Below, in pieces: positions 38,986-51,800 of a stretch of 64,000 bases of DNA. Source of the stretch: Octopus vulgaris (lineage: Eukaryota); assembly GCA_951406725.2 (NCBI GenBank), contig OX597820.1:19654001-19718000 (forward strand), in the 5' to 3' direction. Each line of letters begins with the position of its first letter. The stretch's first letter is position 1. Made by a program: the position numbers and the translations under genes. The notes under the pieces were generated by a model. It did not search any database, was not told where the DNA came from, and saw only the letters and a program-made list of their open reading frames with translations.

Positions 38986-40579
38986 CGAGATTACTCTGTC
39001 AAATGTAATGCTTATTTATTCTCATTGTTTTGAATTAATCGTGTGTTATCTTGTAGCATTTGGGCTTCATTGATCTGATTGTTTATTTTTAGAATGACAT
39101 TGTAGGGTAGGTGTGAGCAGCTGGATCTGGCCAGTTTCATCTTAAAACAGGTAGAATATTTTGGCCAGATATGGCTAGTTTAAAGGGTTAAGGTGCTGGA
39201 TTATTGACCAAGCACTCTTCAGTTGTGTCCCTTGACAATATAGGTTTTTATTGTTTTTGTCTTTTGGCTCAGTGTGTCTGGCTGACAAAAGGGTTTCTAT
39301 TTTTCTCTATAGTTTAGCAATTTGCTGCTATAAAAGCAAATCAGTTCTGAAAAAATACAACTTTACAGTTTTGCTGTACCTGCTACAAGCCATGTTAGCA
39401 TAACAAAATAAATAAACAAATAAATAAATAAAGTACTTATAAATTTTAATTTATTTCTGCGTATTGTATGCCAAAACGAAACATCAAAAATATTAAGTTA
39501 TTAAGAAAAATGATAATTGTGAACAAGTTTAATCAGAAATTAATCAATATCTTTCGGATTCTGGCTGAATAATTTAGTAGCGAAGCCACTGGACTGCCCA
39601 CTCGTTCACTCCTTGTTCCATAAAGCATTCAGAGATTTATATGTTCATCTGATAAAGCATTTAGTTGGCATCAAAAAGATTGTTGATTTCTTCTCCAACT
39701 GGTTCTCCTGCTAATTTTTATTCTTTATATGTTTAATGCTTCATCTTAAGCATCTGTCATTTCTTAGCTTATAGACTTACTCAGTCACTGGTGCACACTC
39801 TCTTGCTCACATATGTACACACACACACACACACACTCTCTCTCTGTTTCTTACATATGCGCTCTCTCACTGTTATGCACACTAGCTCTCTCTCTCTCTC
39901 TCACACACACATATCTACTGCGTCTTTCAGTTCCACTTCGGAACACAGCTTAACTGTAAATTGTACCATTTCCCTGCAGTCTTGTTTGACCGATTGAGTA
40001 TGCTTAGCATTTGAATGCAAAAGAAAAATGGCGACAAACTGAAAGAGAAGCAGCAACAACGCCTAATCCATCATTAGGCTGTAAGACTGTCCGAGATTAT
40101 CTCATTCTTTGGTTCTGCTTACCTTTCTTACATCAGAAACATTACTATTACCTATCTTGTCAGACATAATCCTTCCTTCTTGTACTTTAATCCATCTAAT
40201 ACCAGTGTTTCATTTTGGAACGCTGTTTACGCTTTTCTGAGGTTACCTTCAAATTTGATATCACGGAGAAGTTTATTTTGATTTAGTTTATAGCTAATAA
40301 ATAATGGTTTGACAGCCGAATATTTAAGGTACCAACAAAGACTTGGAGGTGATGAGTTCGAGACCCAACTGCTTGTAAGTGTTCTTGTTGAATTTGCCTT
40401 ACCCAGTTTTGCTTTGAGCATAGCTGCAGCAACAGAGGTAGGCTGGCAAAAAGGAAGTACCTGTACAATCAATCAAACGACTCTCTCAATGTACCCTCTA
40501 CAAACTCTCTTCTGTTAAATTTTGTGTGTGTCCGTGTGTCCTATACAACGGTAGTCCACCCAACCATAACATTTCACCC

Positions 40580-41022
40580 AGCTTGCTAGCGATTCTGCCA
40601 GTTCACTGCCTTAAATGGTTTCACATTTTGGCCCGAGGCCAACAGGTTCGACCCCGAAAGGATGAAGGGCAAAGTCGACCTTGGTGGAATTTGAACTCGG
40701 AACGTGCAGACAGACGAAATGCCGCTAAGCATTTCGCCCAGCGTGCGCTAACGATTCTGCCAGTACACTTCCTTAATAGTAATAATTATAATAATAATAA
40801 TAATAATAATAATCTTTTCTAGTATAGGCACAGGGCCTGAAATGGGGGGGGGGGGCTAGTCGATTACATCAACCCCAGTGCATAACTGGTACCTAATTCA
40901 TCTACCCATAAGGATGAAAGGCAAAGTTGACCTCCGCGGAATTTGAACTCAGAACATAAAGACAGACAAAATGCTGCAAAGCATTTCACCTAGTCTGCTA
41001 AAAATTCTGCCAGCATATTGCC

Positions 41023-41025
<3 letters not shown>
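40580..41025 (-). mobile_element. SINE family A cluster, minus strand
   Basis: Reverse-complement copies (GGATGAAAGGCAAAGT...GAATTTGAACTC...TTCTGCCAG) next to (AAT)n tracts. Confidence 0.75.
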
Positions 41026-41068
<43 letters not shown>

Positions 41069-42711
41069 CAAGATTTGAAAGTAACTCCCTTGAGCATTTT
41101 TGCATATTTAGTTTTATACCTTAAAACAGCTTTTCTAAAGTTAAGTATATTATAATCAGATGATTGACTCAAGTGATTTCCCTACCCCCACCCCGTTCAG
41201 ATGAGTAGACATTATTATGTAAATAGCTGTATACAGTTTTCTCCATACTAGTGTCATTTAGACAACACTGGTAAACTTATTGTTGTTTGTGGTGGTAGTC
41301 GTGGCTGTTATGTGTTCTTGTTGGCTGTTTACATTTAGCTCTTTGTTAATGTCTCTGATTTAATGAACTGATTTTCATATTGAAAGTAGCCAGCGCTGTC
41401 CAAATGTTTGCCGAGAATTATTGCAATTATATAGCTTGAAATAGTTTTGTTCATCATACATGCATATATATATTTATGTGTATGTGTACACAGATAATCT
41501 TATAGATAGATGGCCATGTGTACTTTTAGGAATTCAGTTCGTATTCAGAGTCGACGTAGAGTATTCTCAATACATCTGTGCCTCTGTGTGTTTGCTGCTT
41601 GTGCATTTAATTTCACTTAGTAATTACTGTATTCACCTATATCCAGTGAACTCCTATACCTGCACATATACGCACACAACAGGCCCACGTCCCTTCCCTT
41701 CCCACTCATGCACTCACAGCCCTTCGTCTGAACACGTGAGTCTGAAAGCTGAAATGTTTTTGCATATAAAATCATAAATGCCTGTATCATGTTTACAACA
41801 TGTAAAGTGGAATGGTTGTTAATGATTTGTGTATGACAGATTCACATGAAAAACAGCTACTTTATAAGAAAAGAAACAAATCAACATCAGAAAAATCTTT
41901 AAAAGAAAATGTTTATTTTGTTTATAGTTTATATATTTGCTATGTAAGAGCTGATTTATTAAGGGTTAGTTACACTGTGCAGTTTCTATAAGGATAAATT
42001 GTTTTTAGTGACCTAGGAGGACAAGCTCAACATTTTTCCACCAGCTGGAGAAAACCAGGTATCAGGACTTGGTCAACAAGGCCCTTGTCAAAGAATAAGA
42101 CATGACATCATTCTCTTTGATGTTGGCTACCCACAGCTTTCCAGATGGCTTGCGGCACTATTTCCTGCAGAAGATTGGTCTAGAACCCAAATGACTGGAG
42201 AAATCTGCCAAGGAGACAGGCATGGCAGCTAAAATCAGCTCAAGGTAGCAATGGTTGTCGAAAGACTGCAGGTGGGGCCCTTCCACAGGTGAAGCGCAAT
42301 TCAGTCCTCAAGGCATAAACCTTGCGACCCCTGAGATAATTGCTGATAATATGGAAGAGTTTCCAACATTGTGATCAATTCTTTTCTACCCTAGGCACAA
42401 GACCTGAAATTTTGGGGGCGTGGGGGGCAGCCGATTAGATCGCCCCCAGTATGCAACTGGTACTTAATTTATCGACCCTGAAAGGACGAAAAGCAAAGTC
42501 GACCTCAGCGGAATTTGAAATCAGAATGTAAAGATTGATGAAATACCACTAAGCAAGCAGCTTGCCGCCTTAACATTGTGATTAATTTAAGGGGAGATGG
42601 CTGTACCTGAGTAGCTCCTGCAGTTTCTGCATGAGGCAGGGCTTCTTCAATGTTTAATGCCTTTACACTTGTTTTTTGTGTTCTATTAAAAATTTACCCT
42701 CTAAAATAAAT

Positions 42712-42935
42712 TTTATCTTATTTTTATTTTCCTAAAATTTTCGTTGCGTCTTGCAACCTTTTCAATAGTTTTGACTCTTTTAGGAAAATAAAAATAAGAA
42801 AAACACGGAAATTTTACTGGTGAGTGTGTTACATAATAAGGCACAAAACGAAAATGACTCTCCCCAGACACAACAGAATATGCTTCAACACACGAACTCA
42901 TATAAAGAATCTTGCAAACCAAATCCAAAAACGAA
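42712..42935. mobile_element. Penelope-like terminal repeat remnant (internally inverted); an inverted copy lies at 54900-55125
   Basis: About 115-bp and 55-bp blocks are reverse-complementary to 54900-55095; carries a TTGAAAA hammerhead variant. Confidence 0.55.
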
Positions 42936-45900
42936 ATACACTTAATGAGAAATGATTAAAACCTGGTTGGAATCGTGTGGTTAGCATTAATTAAAGTTAC
43001 CCTTATTAGTTGAAAGATATAATAATGACTTGGTTGTGTGGGTTTGTTAAAAATCACACAGCTAAAAATAGATATCCACATATCCTCTGTATCTTGGGTG
43101 CAGGCATGGTTATGTGGTTACAAAGCTTGCTTTGTAACCATGTGGTTTCAGGTTCAATTCCACTGCATGCCACCTTCTACTATAGCCCCAGGCTGACCAA
43201 TACTTTGTGAGTGAATTTAGTTGACAGAAACTGTGTAAAAAAAAACTGCCATTTATGTGTGTGTGTTTTTGCATTGTGTTTGTCCCACTTCTTGGCAACC
43301 AGTGTTGGTCTTTTCAACAAGAGACCGCTAGAATAAGAAGTCCTGGGGTTGAATTGCTCAGCTAAAACCCTTCATGGCAGTGCCCCAGCATGGCCTCAGT
43401 CTAATGACTGAAACAGTAGTAAAGATTTTACTAGACCCTCAAAGAATTGCCCAATATCACCCCATAGCTTTTCAAAAGATGTTAGTACTTTAGCTCTGCT
43501 TTATATAAGAATAACCAGAAATGGGACAACCTTCCTGCTCTTTCTACCAAATTCACTGACGAGGCATTGGTTGGCCCTCAAGGCTTTTAGCACAAGACAC
43601 CCATCTGACTGCAAAATAAGCTTCTTAAACTACATAGCCATGCCTTGCTTACCTTTGGTTAAGAAACTAAATAACATGGATACCTCTGGCTTAGAAACCC
43701 AAATGCATATACCCACACATACACACACACCTCATTGGCTCAGTTTACCTACAAGTTAGAAAGCAATTGTTTGGTTGAAGGATGTAAAACTGATTTACTA
43801 TAGAAAACACTCTTTTGTACTTCTGCTGTTGCCATATCTACTTTATATATTTTTTGGTATTTGATGAGACTGTTTCCTATATCCTTCCTGCCGTCTTCTA
43901 TGGCAGAATTTCTATAAAATAAAACACAAATTGATGGTACAATGGAAAAACTATGAACATTGCCAAAGTTTTCAGTGGTTTTTTTTTTCTTCTTTTTTTC
44001 TTTCCTTTTTTTAAATGGACCTGTTACATTCTTCTAGTAAAAACAATAACTTACTAACACATACCAATTTTCACACTCACACACACCACACTCGCATGTA
44101 TTTATTGTTCTTTTTCTTTTGTAGTTGTGTCTATGATTCATTGCAGAAACTATGTCTTAAATCTCTATGATCTTCTGTGAGTGAGAAATAATCTTGTGCA
44201 TATGAAAGTTAATAAATGAATATAATCTTTCCTCTTTTTACTCTCACTTTCTGATGCCATAAACTCTGCCAAGTTTTGAATTCTCTTGCTCAATCAGCTT
44301 GTAATTACTCTGTGTCTTTTAATGGTTGCTTGGCTCAGTATCTGCTGCGGTGCCTATCACTGGCAGTGTAGCCTGGCCTCTCTGATCTTGGCACGCTACC
44401 AAACCAAGGGCAATATCATCCATATTATAAATATACAACAGGAGAAAGTTTGTGGACACACATGATATGTGCCATCTTTAGGTTTCCACTTCCTTTTACT
44501 CGTCTGTTATTTGACCCGGTGCCAACACGACGACTACGTACGGCTGAGGAATCTATTCTGATAATATGGCAGTTAAGCATCTGCAGATCTCCACTATATT
44601 TTATCTTCAAAACTCTAATGGCAATCAAATTTCTAATTGAGCTAAATTTCTCTGTGTTGCATCTGTAAATTTCATTCTACCAACTAAATACAGACTGGTT
44701 AGTTTATACATGCTATTATGAAGAATGGCTTAGCAAGTATTTGTGTGAATTCGCACACACACACACATATACACACACATTCTCTAGTATGTACAGTTTT
44801 TCCTTTTTATGCCTATATAATAAATATAAATACATACATATACTCACACACATAAATTCTAAACAAAGCTGATGACTTTTTTTATTTTTTTTATTTTCTC
44901 ATATCACAAATCTTGTTAATATTAGTTAGTAGTAGTAGTAGTAGTAATACTAGTAGTAGTAGTTTAAGTGCATAGGAATTTTGGAACGTAAAGTATTTTT
45001 CTGTATGCAGTAGGCATTTAAACTTGTAGTTTGTGCCATGTAAAATTTTGAATTTATATTCTCCATATCAGAATATATTACTGAAAGCATGGCTGCATTC
45101 TGAACGCTTTTCTTTCAGTTTGTTTCCTTAACTTGTGTAATTTTGCCTTCATTTCGACTATTTAGTAAATATAAATATTTTATGGTGTTTTCATGGTGTT
45201 ATGATGCAGACTACTCGAAACTCTAGGAAAACATTGGAAAATATCATTAAACATTTAGTAAAATAAACACCAAAAACACCCAGAAGTCAAGGTATATATG
45301 TGTGTGTGTATGTGTATATATGTATGTGTATATATGTGTGCATATATGTATGTATATGTGTGTATATATATGTGTGTGTATATATATGTATATATATATA
45401 TGTGTGTATATATATAGATAGATACTTAGATAGTTAAATAGATAGATAGATATGAAAGAAAATTGTTTAATGTAAATTTATATTCATATTTTAATAGTTA
45501 TTTGCCTTAATGGAGAGATGTTACCTAAATACAGTACTTGAATGTTGTGTATACATGTGTGTGCATATTTACGTATATAGATATTATAACTTAGACGTTA
45601 TCCTACTTAAGTGTATATAAATGTGCATAAAAATATGCATACACACACATGCACACAAACAAACATATATAACTAACATAACAAACTTTTGATTGAATCA
45701 CCATTTGAAATTTTCTGTGGATTGCTATTAGACATTGTCTTTTTACTTGTTGAGCTCCATATTTTGTTATTTGCTTACAAACTGCAAAACCAAAAATGGA
45801 ATGTTCCATTCTTAATGAATTTCCATTGCAAAGCAGCAAACAGTGTACTATTTTTGTCATCTTCCATCCTTCTTACAAACCATTTCTTCCTTGTTATCTA

Positions 45901-46140
45901 TGTATATACTACATTGGAGTACATCTGTGCTTCTCTTTGCTCCTGTGCTGGGGGTTTTTTTGGTGGTTGTTTTGTGTTTGTCTTGTTTTAGCCTACGTCT
46001 TTTTATTTATTTATTTATTCACCCTTGTTCATTGTTTACTGTATTAGGGACAGCAATCAGCTAATCACTGCTCAGATTAATTAAGAGTTTAGCCCATTAG
46101 AATCCTAGCTGAAATGATTTTTACTTTTTCATCTCAACAG

Positions 46141-46197
46141 ATACTCAAATTAAAACTGAAGAGTTGCCCCCAAAGATTAAACAAGAGAATTCTGAAA
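46141..46197 (+). CDS. BCL9: BCL9 57-nt symmetric micro-exon (DTQIKTEELPPKIKQENSE)
   Basis: Acceptor TTTTTCATCTCAACAG, donor A|GTAAGT; phase 1 to phase 1, keeping the frame between 36236 and 54172. Confidence 0.8.
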
Positions 46198-47901
46198 GTA
46201 AGTTTACCCTTTCTGTCTTGTGGTGCGCATTTCTTCAATTAAAAGCAACAACAACAATAATAAATGAAAAAGAATGGACAAATAAAAATCCCCTTTCTCC
46301 TATATACATACACAATATCCTTTTTTTTTTTCTTCCCTTTTTTCCTTATATACTTGACTGTCTGATCTGGTGTGTATGTGTACGCATGCATGTACAATAC
46401 AGCAACTTCTCTGCTTATGTATTGTTTTGGTACCCAATCTAGTTACATCATCGGTTTTATGTTGACTTCCCTTTAAAGGTTCTCTAGAATGCAGACACAC
46501 AGACACATACTACAAATGTAAGTGGAGATGGTGCAAGGCATGCATGTAAAGGTAGATAGATGCTCACATACCATTATACATGTGAAAGATGGTTACATGT
46601 AGCTGCAAACTCTGGTATGTGTAGCTAGAAATGATGGTTTGCATTTAACTTGTGCAAAGATATCCATGTGGTCCTTGTGAACTATATGGCAGCTTTACTA
46701 GTGCTGGGGATATGAAAAAGCATCCCAATACATGCTGTAAAGTGGTTTGTATTAGCAATAGCAAGAACATTCATCTGTGGAAACCGTGTCGAAGCACTGA
46801 GCAGGAGTCAGTCCTTCATCTCATCAGATCCTATCAAACTGTTCACTCATTCCAGCATGGAACACCAACATTAGATGATGATGATATGTGTATCTTTATA
46901 TACATGAGGAGGTTTACCATACATACAAATATACATAGCTTTGAACTTAGGTGCACATACATAGTTTAGCTTTACCCCCACAATAACCAAACAGAAGACA
47001 TACAGAAAAAAAATTTTTTTCCTAAAAAAAAAATAGGAAAGAATTTTTTTTTTTTTTGTGAGATTATTCTTTTTTAAGTTTGGTTTGTTTGTTTCAAGAG
47101 AGTTCCTTAAATTTCTTTCCAGTTTGTAATTTTTTTCCAGTTTGCTTTATATTATATTAATCAATTTGTTTGTGTTTAATACTCTCCAATATTTACACAA
47201 ATTCAATGTTTTATTTGAGTGTCATTCCTTTCTGTGATTTGTTTAAAGCTTCATTATGGCATTAACAAAATATTGGCTCTGTATTCATGCATAATTGAGC
47301 TTGGCGTAAATTTGAATCTGCAAGTTAGGAAAACCTAGAGGTGGATAAAATTCTGTACTGCAGTTGTTGATATTACGAGTCTCAAAGATCTTCTTTAAAC
47401 CTTTTGATGCCAACCCACTGACACTACCCCTGGTTCTATTTATGATTCAATCTTCCTGATTTAGAGTGAGCTATATCAAAACCTTCCATCGAAATTTCAT
47501 GATTTATGTTCCAACCAAACACCATTTGGTTTCAAATTTTGACACAAGGCTAGCAATTTTGGGGAAGGAGTCAAGTTGATTATATTGCTCCCAGTGTTCA
47601 ACTGGTACTTGTTTTATTGGCCCTAAAAGGATGAAAGGCAAAGTTGAACTTAGTGGAATTTGAACTCAGAATGCAAAGGTAGATGAAACAGCACTAAGCA
47701 TTTTACCTGGCGTGCTAACAGTTCTGCCACTTTGCCACCTTATAAACATAAGGTTAATAAGTTATTTAACTGAATTCTCTAATTCTCTTCAAAATTAATT
47801 AATCATCATTTAACAGATGATGATGAAAGGGTTAAAACCTCCCTGCTTAATAAAAACTAAACGTACATACAACTGTTGTCTTGTTATCTAGCAATCTTAC
47901 C

Positions 47902-48234
47902 CTTTTACTTGTTTCAGTTATTTGACTGCAGCCATGCTGGAGCACTGCCTTTAGTCGAGCAAATTGACCCCAGAGCTTATTCTTTGTAAGCCTGGTACTT
48001 ATTCTATTGGTCTCTTTTGCCGTACTGTTAAGTTACAGGGATATAAACACACATACATATGTATGCATATATGATGGGCTTCTTCCAGTTTCCGTCTACC
48101 AAATCCACTCATAAGGCTTTGGTTGGCCTGAGGCTATAGTAGAAGACACCTGCCCAAGGTGCCACGCAGTGGGACTGAACCCAGGACCACGTGGTTGGTA
48201 AGCAAGCTACTTACCACACATCCACTCCTGTGCC
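47902..48234 (-). mobile_element. SINE family B, minus strand
   Basis: Reverse complement from tail to head. Confidence 0.85.
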
Positions 48235-48654
48235 TATGTGTGGAAATAAGAACAAAATTCCTTTCCTTGGTAAAACTGGTGAGGATAGGCAATAGGAAAC
48301 GTGTCTAGCCATCTCTTCCCATCCAGGCTATGTCAGAATGGAAAAGCAGACCATTAAGTAAACAAACATCATGAGTTCAAATCCTGCTCGGATCAACGTT
48401 ACCTTTCATCTTTCTGGATTGGAAGAGCAGTTAAGATCAGTGGTACAGTGACAGATTAAATACTTTGCTTTCGTCTTTCTTTCATTTGCTGATGAAATAA
48501 GTATCAGTCAACTTGTGGGTCATTGAAATTAACTAAATCTTGCCTCTTGATAAAGGTGTGTCTGTGTGCATATAATAAAAATTATTACTGATACTAAGAT
48601 TTCTCTATTAAAAGACCTTCTTTCCTGTTGTGTTTAGGAAAGAGATGGGCATTA

Positions 48655-48886
48655 ATAACCCTTTAGCATTTAAACAAGCCATAGCCAGACCCAGATATTC
48701 TACCTTATGTTATTGTTCAAACTAGCTATATCTGGCTTCTCACACCTATCTTGCAATGTCATTGTAAAATTAAACAATCACATCATCAAAATATTGAAGC
48801 TACAAGATAATGCATGATTACTTCAAAACTATGCACATAAATAACCGTGACCGTGACAAAGTATGGTGAATACTAAAGGGGTTAAC
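48655..48886. mobile_element. Second TTAA-MITE subfamily (CCCTTTAGCATT...AATGCTAAAGGG-type)
   Basis: Related copies lie at about 18268-18490, 31745-31898, 37818-38027, 38985-39191, 53420-53611 and 56030-56262; one is nested in the first subfamily at 14821-15001. Confidence 0.7.
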
Positions 48887-51800
48887 ACGTCCTCTAGCTC
48901 CCTACTCTTTTATAAGCCGATTGGTTGGATGGTTACTTGGCTATTTGTGTTACTGAGTTCCTTCTTTTGAACAATGATGCTTTCTGTTATGTTGTTCTGG
49001 TGCCACTTATATAACACATTCATGTTACACAGCTAATGCAGATGTTGTATTTAATTAGTTGCGCATATTATGTATCAAATCTAACAGTTTACGGTATCAA
49101 TCAGTCTTTTGGGGGTTTTTTTGTTTACTTTCTTAGTTTTCTTTCCAATGTCTGTTTTTTTTTTTGGGGGGGGGGTTAGATTATTGTTCTCAGTGCCTTC
49201 GTATTTACTAGGCTTGTACTAACATCTCTCTGTGTTTGTGGTCGTTCACTAATAGATTTGCTCTGATAGTCTGAATAATGGCATGAAAGCGTGTGTATGT
49301 ATGTATGTATGTGTACATATATGGTTGCGGAGCTATTTGAAAATAAACACGAGAATTAAATAAATAATGTTGCACAAATCAGCTTCAGCCCTTCTTTTTC
49401 TGTCGTTATTTATATAATTTTAGCTTGACCAAGCATTACACACATCAGCAGCATTCATATCATGTTGCTTTGATAAGAAACATTCCATTCTTATCAGATG
49501 TGAATGACAGATTTGCTGATCGTAGCTGAAGAGGTGAAACAAAGCAGAAACATGTACGTCCTACAGTCCTGTGATGTTATTCACAGTCTGTCTTGTGTCC
49601 GGAGACATGTTTAAGGGGAGAATTTTCTCCTGGGGCTATCTCTGCATCAAAAGTTTCTTCCCACATCCAAATGCACATGAACTGGTGAGGATAGGCAATA
49701 GGAAACATGTCTAGCCATCTCTTCCCATCCAAGCTATGTCAGAATGGAAAAGCAGTCCATTAAGTGAACAAACATCATGAGTTCAAATCCTGCTTGGATT
49801 AACATTATGACTTAAAACAAATAAACTTGTGAATTTAGCATTCACAGGTGTACATGTGTATGAATGTAAACAAAAATATTCGGGTTCATTAATATATCGA
49901 TATGCACGTGTATGTAAGGCGGCAAGCTGGCAGAATTGTTAGCATGCCAGGCAAAATATTTAGTGGTATTTCATCTGCCTTTACATTCTGAGTTCAGATT
50001 CTTCCAAGGTTGATTTTTACCTGTCATCCTTTCAGTACAGGTTAGCACTGGGAGTCGATGTAATCAACTTAGTCCCTCCCCTTACATTGCTGGCTTTGTG
50101 CCAAAATTTGAAACCAATATGCATGTGCCTCTGTGTGTGTATCTTTGACCATATGCTTATATTTAAGTGTGTATGTATCTCGTGTGTCTATGTGGATACA
50201 TGAGATACATACTAGCAAAAATTCACATAAGTGCCAAAGATATTACAGATTATCTATAACGGTAGAAATTCCAGGGTTAAGCTGTTATCTATATCTATAA
50301 TGGGCTTCTTTCGGTTTCTGTCTACCAGATCACAAGGCTTTGGTCAGCCCATGACTATAGAAGACACTTGCCCAAGGTGCCACACAGTGGGACTGAACCC
50401 AGAAGCAAGCTTCTTACCTCACAGCCACTCCTGCTGGATTTTTACAACCTTTCTGCAATAAACTAACTCTTAAATGCCCATATTAAATGCAAATCTCCTT
50501 CTGCTGGAAGAGTGTTTTAATCGACTATGGACATTATGGTACCCTATCTTCACAAAAATATTTATGTGTGTATATGCACTAACGCATACACACACACTTC
50601 AGTTTGTTTGCTTTCTAGTCCAGCAATTTTATACAATCCTTCAACGCGACATCTGGTTATCCGGAACCTATTCTTTCTAAGATGTCCAGTTTAAACAGCT
50701 GCTCCTTTATTTGGACTGCTACTACTACTACCACTGCTGTTTTTTCAAGTCGTCGCTTATCCTGTGTACTTGTTGTTTACCCGTACGCCCAACTTAGCTG
50801 TTACCATCTCTCGCTTCTTTAAATTATACGCAGTGTAAAATTAAATTGTGTGTGACTGTTTAAAAGTTGTTGAATAAGGTGGGAGTGAGGTGGAGAGGGG
50901 GGAAACTATGGTATCTGTAAATGTTTGTTCAAAATATGGTTTTGTTTACATATTTTCATTTTTATGTAAATACACACACGCACGCACGCCCATGCATTTT
51001 CAAATCAACTTGCAATCAACAAATCATTTACAATACATGAAACTTGTTTGGTAATAAACACTGAAGAAAACTACAATTTAATCAGTATTGAATTTAATTG
51101 CAATATATTTCTCCCTTGTGCATTTCGTTTTGCTACTTTAAATAGAAATTTTTTTGGGTTTTTTCTATTTTAAACTCTTTCGATTGGTTAAGTCGGTGTT
51201 GGAGTGCTTTTGTTTTTATGTTCTACGTATGTGTATTAGTTATCAGAGACGTTTACCAATTTCTACTTCATACTCTGTCACTTGTGTTAATTCTAACTGT
51301 CGCAAATTAAATTAAAGTAAGATGGAAGAGTGTGTGTGTGCAAAACAATCTAGTGTAATTAGTCTCAAAAAAGAAAAAAAAAGGGACAAAAATTCCTTTA
51401 TATGGTTGTAGATGTTGCCAGAATGATTAGGCTGTTGTTACCGATATTATTGTAAGTAAGGCAGTAGTACATCTCATGTGATTAAGTGCATTTTTGTGTT
51501 TGATCATCTGGTTCTGTCTGCGCCACTGGTGTCTCCACAACCAAACTGGGCCACTGGTGTCTCCACAAGCAAACAGCAATAAACTGCAAAGAACACCAGA
51601 CAACACACAACTCATCGTAATGGATTGTACACTTGCCACACCAACAGACCATCATAATCATTTATCAGTGTCCACATTTCCATGTTTCCTGAATGGAGCA
51701 GGCGGAATTTGTTGAGGCAGGTTTTGGATGCTCTTCCTGTCACCAACCTTCACTTGTTTCCATGCAAGATTAGAAACAGACACCTTCCATTTTCACTGCA

